Notes: a model not told the origin generated them from the sequence alone. A DNA stretch of 54,252 bases from an uncultured virus (IMG/VR IMGVR_UViG_3300025782_000006) (IMGVR_UViG_3300025782_000006), one strand, 5' to 3'. Counted from the first letter of the stretch, positions 1 through 9,453 are shown. Numbers and translations: made by a program.

Positions 1-2
1 CT

Positions 3-500
3 GACTAAACCATCATGTTTAATAACTAATTTACATTCACCCATGTCGGCATAACTATTACGGCTTGTACCATATAATTTGCTTTCAGTGACCTTAACGT
101 CATTCATGGTAGAAACGTCGTCGGATTTAGATTGTTGTTTAACGTCTTGTAGATTTAAATTAGATTTGTTGATATCGCGAGTATCAAATGTTAATAAATT
201 GCGTTTTGCAAATTTGCGTAGACTGCGTAAAAAATCATACCAGTCGTGGCGTTGTTCACGATCCATTTCACCACTAATGTTCTGTCCAAAATATACTTTT
301 AAACTTGTTTCGTCAATCAAGCTGATTGTTACTTTACCAAATTTAGCACCTGTTTCGTCTGTATATGTAAAGTTAAAAAAACGTGCCTTAGATGGGTCTG
401 TACAAGCCTTAGCGTTTTCATCGCCCAGCGTGACATTGTCAAAACGCGAGCGTACTTTGTCAAAAAGTGCTGTAGATACTGATTCGATTTCTTTTGCCAT
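3..500 (-). CDS. Hypothetical virion/head-associated protein, runs off the window's left edge (MAKEIESVSTALFDKVRSRFDNVTLGDE...)
   Basis: Manual translation from ATG at 500 stays open to the window edge. A GATAAATA late box lies 5 nt upstream. It follows the terminase on the same strand. Absent from the ORF track because no stop lies in the window. Confidence 0.8.
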   Translation of the reverse strand, partial: MAKEIESVSTALFDKVRSRFDNVTLGDENAKACTDPSKARFFNFTYTDETGAKFGKVTISLIDETSLKVYFGQNISGEMDREQRHDWYDFLRSLRKFAKRNLLTFDTRDINKSNLNLQDVKQQSKSDDVSTMNDVKVTESKLYGTSRNSYADMGECKLVIKHDGLV

Positions 501-512
501 ATAACTATTTAT

Positions 513-2078
513 CTAGAACATTATAAAGGGCATGGGTTCTATAAAGTTGTCTAACGCATCCTTAAGCTCAGAATCTAACGTAGCATCAAAACTCTGTAGC
601 ATCTGTATCATACGTACTGCTAGTAATGTGCTCATAACTAAATCATCATGCTCGCCAATTTTTGCTGCATAGCTACCGCCTGATGCTACAAAGTTTTTTA
701 GTTCGCTGATTAATGCTTTACTTGCTATAAACAAACGTTTGGTTTCAACTAAACTTTTAAATTTAGCACAGGCACTTAATTTAGATTTATTAGTGGTATT
801 AAATCCTTTACGGAATCGTGTACCGCCGCCGCCCATGCGTTTAGGTTCGCTTAGAAATATGCCAGGAATATTTTCTTCACCTATTTCACTAATACAAACT
901 AGTGCAGCTTCACCTAAGGTATTATTTTCTACTGAATAATACACATGAGTTTGTCCAGCAACGTCTGCTAAGTATCCGCAAATTTCTTTCATAATAACAA
1001 CCTGACGTTGTACGATTGTTTTATTATGGCTCCACTCGGCCACTTGTTTGAGTCCAGGCAATTCAAATACCTGTATGGCCGCGGGGTCTGATCCGGTACC
1101 AAGACTTGGATCTAGTGCAACTACATAAGTCTTGTCACGCTCGGGACGTTTATACCAACGTATCTGACCTTGTTTCTCTATAGGATCAAGACCAGCCATC
1201 TCACTTAGCATGACGGGATTAATCAATGTTTCATCAAAGATGATGAATTCACATTCCATCTCACGACGGAAACGTTCTTCGCCTAACTGTGCTCGCATCT
1301 GCGCGGCCCACTTTTCATCACGTTCTGGATGTTCTTCCCAACGACTGCGGAACGCTTTAAATCCGTTAACACCTAATTCTGTTTCATTGCCAAACTCATC
1401 AAAACATTTATTAGCCTGACGCCAAATTTGTGCAAACTGATCTTCGTCTGAGTTTGGTGTTGATGTAATAATACACTTACCACCAGTTGCTAGTGTAGGT
1501 GTAATGGAAGTCCAGAATTCACTCGCAATAGTTGGGCGAACGAACGCAAACTCGTCACAGTATAGTAGTGATATGGACATACCACGACCTGTATTTTCTG
1601 TTGTTGTTTGACTTACTATGCGGCTACCATTTTCAAAGTCCAAGCTACCTTTATTGTAACTTGTTACCCCGGCTCGGATAAAGTCTGGACAGTTCTCATA
1701 AGCGTGACGAACACGTTGCATAATCTCCTGTGCGCCCAAATACTTGTGAGCAGCTACAAGGATGGTACTGTCTGGAACAAACATTGCATACCACAGCAAG
1801 TATCCTGCGGCGCTGGTCGATTTGCCCGTTTGTCTAGGCATTAGGCTAATACTGAATCTATAATTATGATATGTATCTATCAAACGTTCTTGATAGTCGA
1901 ATGGGTGGTATTGTATAGCACCCTTTGTTGGATGTTGGATAAAGAAGTAATTATCCATAAAGTACTGCGGGCCAGACACAGGATCAGCACACTGAGCAAG
2001 CTCCTGTATTTGATGCTCAGTATAAGACATTTTCTTATACGGTGCTTTGATAATTGCAGTTTCTAATTCTTTAGCCAT
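513..2078 (-). CDS. gp17: Terminase large subunit (T4 gp17-like)
   Basis: Walker A RQTGKS, Walker B LLYCDE, coupling motif TST, RNase H-like nuclease motifs ALDPSLG and HDDLVMS. Start placed at ATG 2078, downstream of the TAAATA box at 2104-2109. Confidence 0.95.
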   Translation of the reverse strand: MAKELETAIIKAPYKKMSYTEHQIQELAQCADPVSGPQYFMDNYFFIQHPTKGAIQYHPFDYQERLIDTYHNYRFSISLMPRQTGKSTSAAGYLLWYAMFVPDSTILVAAHKYLGAQEIMQRVRHAYENCPDFIRAGVTSYNKGSLDFENGSRIVSQTTTENTGRGMSISLLYCDEFAFVRPTIASEFWTSITPTLATGGKCIITSTPNSDEDQFAQIWRQANKCFDEFGNETELGVNGFKAFRSRWEEHPERDEKWAAQMRAQLGEERFRREMECEFIIFDETLINPVMLSEMAGLDPIEKQGQIRWYKRPERDKTYVVALDPSLGTGSDPAAIQVFELPGLKQVAEWSHNKTIVQRQVVIMKEICGYLADVAGQTHVYYSVENNTLGEAALVCISEIGEENIPGIFLSEPKRMGGGGTRFRKGFNTTNKSKLSACAKFKSLVETKRLFIASKALISELKNFVASGGSYAAKIGEHDDLVMSTLLAVRMIQMLQSFDATLDSELKDALDNFIEPMPFIMF

Positions 2079-2109
2079 TGTGTAATAATCTTTTATATAA
2101 GTATATTTA

Positions 2110-2640
2110 ATGTCAGACACATTACTGTTAAATTCTAATTACGAGCCAATTTCAGTATTACCCCTAAGCGTAATCGGTTGGCAACATGCTATCAAACTCA
2201 TGTATTTGGGACGTGTACACGTCATCGAAACCTATCCAGATTGGATTGTACACTCTGAACGACTAGCAATAAATGTTCCCAGTGTAGCAGTAACTCGAGA
2301 TTATTTTCACTACAAAAAAGCTGTCAAGTTTAGTCGTTATAACTTGTACATGCGTGACCTATTCAAATGTCAATATTGCGATGATGTATTTGACTATGAC
2401 GAATTAACTATCGATCACGTTATTCCACGTATGGCTGGCGGTAAAACTAATTGGGAAAATTGTGTAACTGCTTGTAAGGCATGTAATCATGCCAAAGGTA
2501 GCCATACAAACATTAAACCAAGAATCAAACCCTACAGGCCAGACTACTATAGTTTAGTCAATCAATGGAAAAAAATGGATTTTACTGTTAAACAAGCATC
2601 ATGGAATCAATACTTGGGATTAGACAAGCGAATTGCTTAG
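2110..2640 (+). CDS. HNH endonuclease (McrA-like, zinc-binding)
   Basis: RDLFKCQYC...TIDHVIPR..GGKTNWENCVTACKACNHAKG. Confidence 0.9.
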   Translation: MSDTLLLNSNYEPISVLPLSVIGWQHAIKLMYLGRVHVIETYPDWIVHSERLAINVPSVAVTRDYFHYKKAVKFSRYNLYMRDLFKCQYCDDVFDYDELTIDHVIPRMAGGKTNWENCVTACKACNHAKGSHTNIKPRIKPYRPDYYSLVNQWKKMDFTVKQASWNQYLGLDKRIA

Positions 2641-3062
2641 TCAAGTGCTTTAGGTTGGTTTTCTGGTAATTTACCAGGATGACGTTCGAAGTATTGTTTA
2701 ATTTTTTCTTCTAGTGTACCTGCGTTAGCACCAAGTCCACGCACAGGCTCAAAGTTAATTAAAAACCATAGATCGTCGCCAGGTTTAGCATTATACTTTT
2801 CTAATAACTCGTTTCTGTATTTTGCAGTATAAGATATGTTACTGCCGACTGGGCTTGTAATTCCACCTTCACTGGCAGTAGGCACTTGGTTTTGTCCGCT
2901 GTAGATTCCGCCTAGGCCGTTAGGTCCAGGACCTTCGCCCTCAACAACAAGGCCGGCTAGTTTTTTAATTTGATATAAGTCTTGGGAATCCATAACAGCA
3001 TCGGCATCACCAGTCTCACCTTGGTGTACAAAGTTTTGACTAGTGATTCGATATTGTTTCAT
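2637..3062 (-). CDS. Hypothetical protein, probable internal head protein
   Basis: 141-aa ORF coupled to the upstream gene (TAATG overlap). Its IKKLAGL motif is shared with the scaffold C-terminus. Confidence 0.6.
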   Translation of the reverse strand: MKQYRITSQNFVHQGETGDADAVMDSQDLYQIKKLAGLVVEGEGPGPNGLGGIYSGQNQVPTASEGGITSPVGSNISYTAKYRNELLEKYNAKPGDDLWFLINFEPVRGLGANAGTLEEKIKQYFERHPGKLPENQPKALD

Positions 3063-5260
3063 TAGTTAGATTTTTTAATACTTTCGTACTCAGCGGCTAA
3101 CTTAGCTTCCAACTTAAGAGTAGTTTCCATAGTCTTAACTGGTTTAGCAGGACGATTAGGTTGTTGCTTCATCTTGTTGTCACCGGCGCCGTCATAGTTA
3201 TTCTTCTCGCCCGAATCAGCTTCACCTGGATTTAGTGTACTAGCTTTCATGCTCATGTATTCTTCTTTAGTACCGTTTACAGGATCTTGATCACTAGTAT
3301 TATCATCAACTTCTGGATCGCCATAAGTTTTTTCATCTTTGGCTAATGCTTCTTCAATTTTACCAGTATCTAATCCAGCTACACGTAGCATAGCAAGCAG
3401 TTCTTGTGCTTCTTTGACTGAATCTTTTTTAGTATCTTTTTCGTCGTCACATTCACAAGGATCGCAATCGCACTTAGAGCAATGATCTTCTTTGGCTTCT
3501 TTAACTTGATACTCTTTGCCATCAACTTCAAAACTGTCTTTGTGTTGTGCGCGAGCTTTGGCTAATTCGCCTGAAAATTCATTACCTTCATTTGGTTCTT
3601 CATCTAGTGTACTTGTGTCTGTGTACTCTTTACCATCTAAATCAAACTTTTCACCTTTTGGTGTATCTTTTAATTTACCAGTAAATGCATTGCCCTCATC
3701 AGCCATACTCAGACCAGCTAGTTTAGCTAGTTCATTTAGTTCAGCTTCCATTGCATCTTCTTCGTAGTAGTTACGACCACGACCTTTTAATAAAGCAGTT
3801 TTACCAGGAATCTGGCTAGCAGGTAGGCTTGAACCAACTGGATGTGGGTTTGCTGGATTGCCACCTTTTACATGCTCCCAAGGACTTTTGCTTGGCTGTT
3901 GTGCTGTAGCTTGTTGACCTGGGAATGGTAATACATTTTCTTCCATTTGACGCTTAGAATGTGCATATACTTCCATCATGTCGCGTAAACGATCGGAGCA
4001 TACACCAGTTTCTTTGAACTGTTGCATGTCTGTGCTCATGCACTCTAACATTTCTTCTAGAGTCATGTGTTGTTCTTCCATCATACGTTTGAAGTTTACA
4101 CTTTCGGCTACCATCTTGCCCATGCTGTACTTCTTACCGGAGTCAGAATCTGTTTTCTTTGAATCATGTTTAACACGACCAAATGGATCATGTGATTTGC
4201 TTAGGCCGCCTTGGTGGCGATCGCTATCAGATTTTTCTTTCTTTGGACGACCAACGTTACCTTTGTTTTTAGGATCACGTCGTGGGTTTTTAGTTACAGC
4301 CTTACGAGGACGACCTTTTTTAGGTTTGTTATCTTCTTCGTCATCTTTTTCAATATCGTCACTTGGATATCCAGGGAAGTCTGTTTTAGTATGCTTGATA
4401 CCGTGTTTGGTTTTTGAAACTTCACCTTCGTTGGTATGATCGCAAGAGCATTCGCTTTCAAACATACCGCACTCGTTGCAAGAACTTTCTTCAAAGTCAA
4501 CAATGTTGCCGTGCTCGTCAGGTCCAAATGAGTTAACTGGGCCTAAACTGTCTGGCAAGTTGCAACCAAGGATTTCACATACGTCTTGATAGTTCATTTG
4601 GCAATCGCCGCCAATTGACTCAATGTCTTCTGCTTCTAAGTCATGAACACTACGAATGCCGTTCATTTCCATATAATCTCTAGCGCATTGTTTAACTGCC
4701 TTTACTGGATCATATTTTTCACTAACGTGTTGTGGCAAACCTTTGTGCTTTGTAGCAGCAAAGTCGTGTGTATCTTTAGGCTTCATTGTCTTAGCAACTT
4801 TTTTCAATTCAGGACTTGCACCCTTGATCTTTTCACCCTTTTGCATAGCATGTGCCATGCCCATAAACTTTTGTTGAGCTTGGCTAACTGCTTTCTCACC
4901 AACAACACCCATACCGCCCATGCCACCATCTAATGTCTCGCCCATTTTCTTACCGGCGGCAGCGGCTTTTTGGAATGCCTTCTTGCCATATTTTTCACGA
5001 CCAATTGCGGCAGCAACTGCACCCGCATCTTTGACATCACCCTTGGCGGCAATAGACTTTTCTAATTTCTTAAAGCCCATATACTTTTCAGCAAGAACTT
5101 GTTCTGTAGTTTTTACACCAGTAAGAATACTACCCTTAGCTGGAATCTCAGCATATTCCTTTAGTGTAGGTGCTTCTGACTTTGGAGCTTCTTTAGGAGT
5201 TAGTGCTTCTAATTTTCCTAAGATGCTGTAAATGTTGTCGTGTGGATGATTCTTGCTCAT
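3062..5260 (-). CDS. Large charged modular protein, probable protease-processed internal head protein with a DUF3008-like segment
   Basis: 732 aa, K/E/D-rich, with many hydrophobic-x-E motifs. Contains the segment AVSQAQQKFMG...DFAATKHKGLP and two LAGL-type motifs. Confidence 0.6.
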   Translation of the reverse strand: MSKNHPHDNIYSILGKLEALTPKEAPKSEAPTLKEYAEIPAKGSILTGVKTTEQVLAEKYMGFKKLEKSIAAKGDVKDAGAVAAAIGREKYGKKAFQKAAAAGKKMGETLDGGMGGMGVVGEKAVSQAQQKFMGMAHAMQKGEKIKGASPELKKVAKTMKPKDTHDFAATKHKGLPQHVSEKYDPVKAVKQCARDYMEMNGIRSVHDLEAEDIESIGGDCQMNYQDVCEILGCNLPDSLGPVNSFGPDEHGNIVDFEESSCNECGMFESECSCDHTNEGEVSKTKHGIKHTKTDFPGYPSDDIEKDDEEDNKPKKGRPRKAVTKNPRRDPKNKGNVGRPKKEKSDSDRHQGGLSKSHDPFGRVKHDSKKTDSDSGKKYSMGKMVAESVNFKRMMEEQHMTLEEMLECMSTDMQQFKETGVCSDRLRDMMEVYAHSKRQMEENVLPFPGQQATAQQPSKSPWEHVKGGNPANPHPVGSSLPASQIPGKTALLKGRGRNYYEEDAMEAELNELAKLAGLSMADEGNAFTGKLKDTPKGEKFDLDGKEYTDTSTLDEEPNEGNEFSGELAKARAQHKDSFEVDGKEYQVKEAKEDHCSKCDCDPCECDDEKDTKKDSVKEAQELLAMLRVAGLDTGKIEEALAKDEKTYGDPEVDDNTSDQDPVNGTKEEYMSMKASTLNPGEADSGEKNNYDGAGDNKMKQQPNRPAKPVKTMETTLKLEAKLAAEYESIKKSN

Positions 5261-5262
5261 AA

Positions 5263-5871
5263 TTAACCTTTGGTTGGATCTGGGATTTTGTTTTGCTTAC
5301 TGCCCACAGGATCTACATTACCCTGTGCTATTTCGTTTGTTGTTTTGCCATACGAGCTTTGTTTATCTCCGCCGACAGTAGTGTCGGTGCCGGCAATCTC
5401 AAATTGACGTGATTCTAATTCTTTTAACAAGCTACCAATGCGAACTTGTCCTACTAGGCTCTGACCTTCTTTTGAACCGCCTAGATCTTCTTGATCTAGT
5501 AGTGCGCCCTTGGCAGCATCTGCGTTTGGTGCTTCGGCTTCATCTGTGAATTCAGCTTCATGTAAATTACGTACACAAATCCAGTCTGGATTTAGTTGAG
5601 CACGTTCTTTTAATGTTTGACGAATTTGAACTGTGTTAGTTGGGTAAGCAACTTTAATGTCAAATGTCCAGCACTCGCAAGGACCCCAGTTTGGAAACTC
5701 ACGGTGCTCTTGTATTGGTAAACTCTTAACTGCACTAACGCTTTCTAATTGCCAAGTGTCAAGAGCACTTTTAATTTGTTCCATTACTGTTTTTGGATCA
5801 ATGGTAGCCATTTTAATGCGAAATTCGCAAGGCTTACTTAATTCAAATATGTAACTTTGGAATGGTTTCAT
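5263..5871 (-). CDS. Hypothetical head-associated protein
   Basis: 202-aa ORF with a late TAAATA box and an AGGA SD. The N-terminus MKPFQSYIFE resembles the T4 internal-protein capsid targeting sequence. Confidence 0.6.
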   Translation of the reverse strand: MKPFQSYIFELSKPCEFRIKMATIDPKTVMEQIKSALDTWQLESVSAVKSLPIQEHREFPNWGPCECWTFDIKVAYPTNTVQIRQTLKERAQLNPDWICVRNLHEAEFTDEAEAPNADAAKGALLDQEDLGGSKEGQSLVGQVRIGSLLKELESRQFEIAGTDTTVGGDKQSSYGKTTNEIAQGNVDPVGSKQNKIPDPTKG

Positions 5872-5911
5872 TTTTAATTCCTATTATGTTATATTTAGCC
5901 TTTTTGGCAAT

Positions 5912-6403
5912 TTATTTTTTATTCAGAATCTGCTTGAGTAATTCGTTACGATCAAGCACGATTCCCTCACCCTCAACTGCTTCTTCAGCAGGGGATTTTT
6001 TATCTTTGGCTATTTGATGATCCAACTTGGCTTTTTGCAGTTGCAGATTAATCATACGCAACTTTTTGTCTAGTTTAGCAGTTTTAGCAGTAATAGCATG
6101 CCCTAGTAATGTGCCTGCTGTCTGCAGAATAACACCCGAAAAACGTGGTTCCACATTCATACCTAGATCAATTAAATCTTCAGCTTTATCTTTGGCTAAA
6201 TTTGCTAGTTCGTCAAGCTCTGAATCCGCTGTGTCTAAATCCCTAACAGTGGGTAGTGCTATATCAATTTTATCAATAGCAAGATTTACTTCGTTAATTA
6301 AATCTTTATTTTCATCAACAAAGTTTTTAGCTTCTTCAGCGGTGGGTGTGTCTAAATCTGTGGTTGGAGGTAAGTTAAATAACTCTTCTAATTTTTTTGT
6401 CAT
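5912..6403 (-). CDS. Probable terminase small subunit (T4 gp16-like)
   Basis: 163-aa helical protein with the pattern DLIDLGMNVEPRF..ILQTAGTLL...K, reminiscent of the gp16 core, and a C-terminal DRNELLK. Late box 5 nt upstream. Confidence 0.5.
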   Translation of the reverse strand: MTKKLEELFNLPPTTDLDTPTAEEAKNFVDENKDLINEVNLAIDKIDIALPTVRDLDTADSELDELANLAKDKAEDLIDLGMNVEPRFSGVILQTAGTLLGHAITAKTAKLDKKLRMINLQLQKAKLDHQIAKDKKSPAEEAVEGEGIVLDRNELLKQILNKK

Positions 6404-6411
6404 ACCAATAT

Positions 6412-6849
6412 TTATTTGGCTTTACCTTGATGGAAAATATCATTTTCGGTAATGACTCGAAAAGTTAAATTATGAGCTCGACACCATTGGCGTGCGGCTT
6501 CCCATTTGGCCATATTGAGTATGGCTGCTGCTTGTGCTCGGGGACTTTTACCAGCTTCTTGTAAACTGGTTTCTTTAAGAGGTTTTACTTCAATCACTTC
6601 TGCATGCTGACGTTGATTAGCATCAACATAGGTAATTAAAAAGTCGGGGACGTATATTGTATTTTTGCCAGTTAAAGGATTACGATAGTTAATGTGTACT
6701 GCTTCACTGGCCCATTGTAGTATGTTAGGATTATTATCGCACATGGTCATGAACGTATGTTCCCAACCAGATCTATATGTAGGAGATTTGTTGCCCACAT
6801 ACTTTTGTGGATTCTTTAATTGATATTTGCCTTGTGCGTATTTAGACAT
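6412..6849 (-). CDS. gp4: Head completion nuclease (T4 gp4-like, TnsA-type PD-(D/E)xK)
   Basis: GKYQLKNPQKYVG, YRSGWE, QWASE, YVPDF, EVKP, NMAKWEAA, FRVITE. Confidence 0.9.
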   Translation of the reverse strand: MSKYAQGKYQLKNPQKYVGNKSPTYRSGWEHTFMTMCDNNPNILQWASEAVHINYRNPLTGKNTIYVPDFLITYVDANQRQHAEVIEVKPLKETSLQEAGKSPRAQAAAILNMAKWEAARQWCRAHNLTFRVITENDIFHQGKAK

Positions 6850-7256
6850 TACGGAAGAATTGTGCGTGTGATCAGCGGACTAGTAGTAGTTGATGTTTTA
6901 ATACCAAGTTGACTAGTTGGCACTCGATTATAATTTAAAAATGCTGCCAGGTATGTGTTGAGTTGCCCGGGTGTTAATTGTTTAAATTCCGTCAACAAGG
7001 ACATAGGATCAAGATTCTGTGCCAGGGCCGTATAAATTATAGTTCCAGCCAACTGTTTTCCTGCAGACGCACTACCTGTGTACTGTTCAAAAAATGCAAC
7101 TATAGCATCGTTAGCAACACCAATATCAAAATTGCCCGCAAAGAAATTATTGAAGTACTGTTGAGCATTACTAGTCCCACCGGGTGTTGTGGCATTTACA
7201 CCTAGGGATAAATTAGGTGCCTGTAAATTGGTTGCGGCGGTAATTTGATTAGTCAT
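6849..7256 (-). CDS. Hypothetical structural protein
   Basis: 135-aa ORF within the tail operon, overlapping the gp4 start. Confidence 0.6.
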   Translation of the reverse strand: MTNQITAATNLQAPNLSLGVNATTPGGTSNAQQYFNNFFAGNFDIGVANDAIVAFFEQYTGSASAGKQLAGTIIYTALAQNLDPMSLLTEFKQLTPGQLNTYLAAFLNYNRVPTSQLGIKTSTTTSPLITRTILP

Positions 7257-7259
7257 TGG

Positions 7260-8720
7260 TTAGTCTGCTGTTGATATATCGGACACTGAACCAAAATCTG
7301 GAGACTGTATAATAGGACCTCCTATTACTTCACCGTTTGTAACGCCGCTGAAGAGTCCAGTACCACTTGATCCAAATGTCAATGATGTCTGTAGTCCAGT
7401 TACCTGTCCTGATAAGTAGTTTTGTAAATCGCCAAACGCATTGCTAATACCAGTGGATACTGGAGACAATGCACCAGAGATACCTGTTGCAATTTGTTGT
7501 CCAGCTTGACTTGCCAAACTGTTAATGCCTTGAGTGACCGCACCTGTGGCAAATTTAATTGCCATGTTCTCAACAGTAGTAAGAGCCGCACTTGGATTAG
7601 CAATCGCTGCTGCCGCTAGTGTAACAATACTTGTACCAGTTGACCCCAGGCCAGTAGCCACACCTTTGAGTACTCCACCAGCTAATGTGTTAGCGGCTGT
7701 ACCTGCTAGGCTGTTTGCTGCTGCTTGTAATTGTTGACCAACAATATTACTATTGCTGATTCCTGATGTTAAGCTACCAAGACTTGGTAGGGCAAATCCA
7801 CCATTGTTACTACCAGCAGCACTTGATAAGCCTGTTATCACTCCACTCAGAGTACCAAAGGCAAATGCCGCACTTAACGCACCTGTGTTGGGAGTTGGTA
7901 CTACTGCACCACCTGAGGTTGATAAATTAAAATTAGCTAAGTCAGTAATATTGTTAGATGCTGTTTTGTAGTTTGGTGTATTGCCCGAGGGATATTGATT
8001 GGGTGTTGGTGTAGTGTCATAGTGCAAATCGATATATCCACCTACAGTATTTTCTGTAGTATACCCAGTTTGATATTTTACTGTTTCAAAAGTAATTGAC
8101 ATTTGATGTTCAAGTAGAGCTTGATTTTCACCATTAACATGTTCGCCATGTTTAAATGCTGTAATAAGAGGATTAATTAGCTCATACTCATCAAATCTTC
8201 CTTGATACAAACTGTAGATTCTAATAGCCTGAATGTATTGATAATCTTGATATGCGTTGGCACTATTGTAACTTTGAACTGGGCGTGGACTATATCCCCA
8301 CTCAAAACTTGGACGTTCTTGATATTTGTTAATTATGTTATATGTTGCATCGGCATAGTCACTGTCACGGTAAAAGAAACTGTAGTAGTCGTACCAAAAT
8401 TCTCTTACATTATCGGCTTGGTCATCATGGAATACAATGTTAATTGGATCATACTGTATTCTATTCTGTACAATATTTTTACGATTGTAGGCATTGTGTA
8501 CTTTAGTATCAATAGTAAACTTAGGTAAGCCCACACTCTTGACAATCATACCCATTTCTTGTGCTGATGTATTACTGACGTTGCTGATTAATGGATTGAA
8601 ATCAAATTCAACATAAAATAGGAATCCGTACTTAGGGCTTAGACGATAGTTAGCATCAACAAAAATTCTACTTGCATGCTGGTAACTACGTAAGACCGTT
8701 TGACTAGTATTAACTGCCAT
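7260..8720 (-). CDS. Tail tube-fold baseplate/tube initiator (gp48/gp54-like) with a G/S/A/T-rich C-terminal extension
   Basis: The N-terminal ~220 aa follow a gp19-like pattern (VKSVGLPKFTI...YNRK...YDPINIVFHDD...MSITFE). Adjacent to the tail tube gene. Confidence 0.65.
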   Translation of the reverse strand: MAVNTSQTVLRSYQHASRIFVDANYRLSPKYGFLFYVEFDFNPLISNVSNTSAQEMGMIVKSVGLPKFTIDTKVHNAYNRKNIVQNRIQYDPINIVFHDDQADNVREFWYDYYSFFYRDSDYADATYNIINKYQERPSFEWGYSPRPVQSYNSANAYQDYQYIQAIRIYSLYQGRFDEYELINPLITAFKHGEHVNGENQALLEHQMSITFETVKYQTGYTTENTVGGYIDLHYDTTPTPNQYPSGNTPNYKTASNNITDLANFNLSTSGGAVVPTPNTGALSAAFAFGTLSGVITGLSSAAGSNNGGFALPSLGSLTSGISNSNIVGQQLQAAANSLAGTAANTLAGGVLKGVATGLGSTGTSIVTLAAAAIANPSAALTTVENMAIKFATGAVTQGINSLASQAGQQIATGISGALSPVSTGISNAFGDLQNYLSGQVTGLQTSLTFGSSGTGLFSGVTNGEVIGGPIIQSPDFGSVSDISTAD

Positions 8721-8751
8721 AATTATTCCTTGTTACTAGTATTTATCTAAT

Positions 8752-8779
8752 AAAAAACCCGGAGTTTTAAGTCCGGGTT
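8752..8779 (-). terminator. Intrinsic terminator after the tail tube gene
   Basis: Minus strand reads AACCCGGA-CTTAAAAC-TCCGGGTT followed by a T run. Confidence 0.8.
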
Positions 8780-8807
8780 AAGTTGCATCATCTAGTTACA
8801 AACTTAA

Positions 8808-9425
8808 TTAGCCTGTCGCTGTTGTTCCTAGTATTGTTGGTGTTACGGTAGTACCAACGCCGCCGCCAACTGTTTGAATTGCGTTGTCAAATTTGATATT
8901 AATTGCAATTTGAACTTGATCGTTGCTACTGTAGGCCATATCGCCCCAGTCAACTGAACTTAAGAAGCAACCGTCTAATTCCCATGCTTCAAGAACGTTA
9001 ACAGTTGTAGCACCGTTACCGCCATCAAGCATTTCAAATAACAATTGGAATTTGTAGTCAATACCGCTTGGGGCACTTGCTTGTTCTAAGAAGTCATACT
9101 GTTTCTGAACCTGTTGACCGATTAGAGTAGTAACTGCACCAGTAGCATCATCACGTAGATTGATTGTTGTTTCTTGCCATTCTGGCTTACCTTGCAAGTA
9201 GATTTTTGAGTTATAAACGTCAAGTGTAATTGGGTTAAAGTTTACGTTTGGACGTTTGATATCTACTACTTGTTTGGTTAGTTCTGTTGTTGCGTTGTTT
9301 ACACCAAAGTTAATAAATGTAGCGCGAAAGCGATACTTTAGTTTTGGCATTAGCAAGCCCTGAGTGGTTGCACTCTGACTGCTATTCAACGGTACTGTAA
9401 AATTACTTAAACTTGCTACTGGCAT
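8808..9425 (-). CDS. gp19: Tail tube protein (gp19-like)
   Basis: Directly after the sheath gene. Motifs PKLKYRFR, GKPEWQETTINLRDD, EAWELDGCF, INIKFDNA. Confidence 0.85.
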   Translation of the reverse strand: MPVASLSNFTVPLNSSQSATTQGLLMPKLKYRFRATFINFGVNNATTELTKQVVDIKRPNVNFNPITLDVYNSKIYLQGKPEWQETTINLRDDATGAVTTLIGQQVQKQYDFLEQASAPSGIDYKFQLLFEMLDGGNGATTVNVLEAWELDGCFLSSVDWGDMAYSSNDQVQIAINIKFDNAIQTVGGGVGTTVTPTILGTTATG

Positions 9426-9453
9426 TTTATTCTCCTATACTCTTATTTATTCA

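Noticed and set aside
79..504. Plus-strand 141-aa ORF from the track
   Set aside because: It is the antisense shadow of the minus-strand gene starting at 500, which has a late promoter and protein-like sequence.
513..2078. Intein or intron in terminase, portal or MCP
   Set aside because: Lengths are ordinary, motifs are contiguous, and no intein-terminal motifs were seen.
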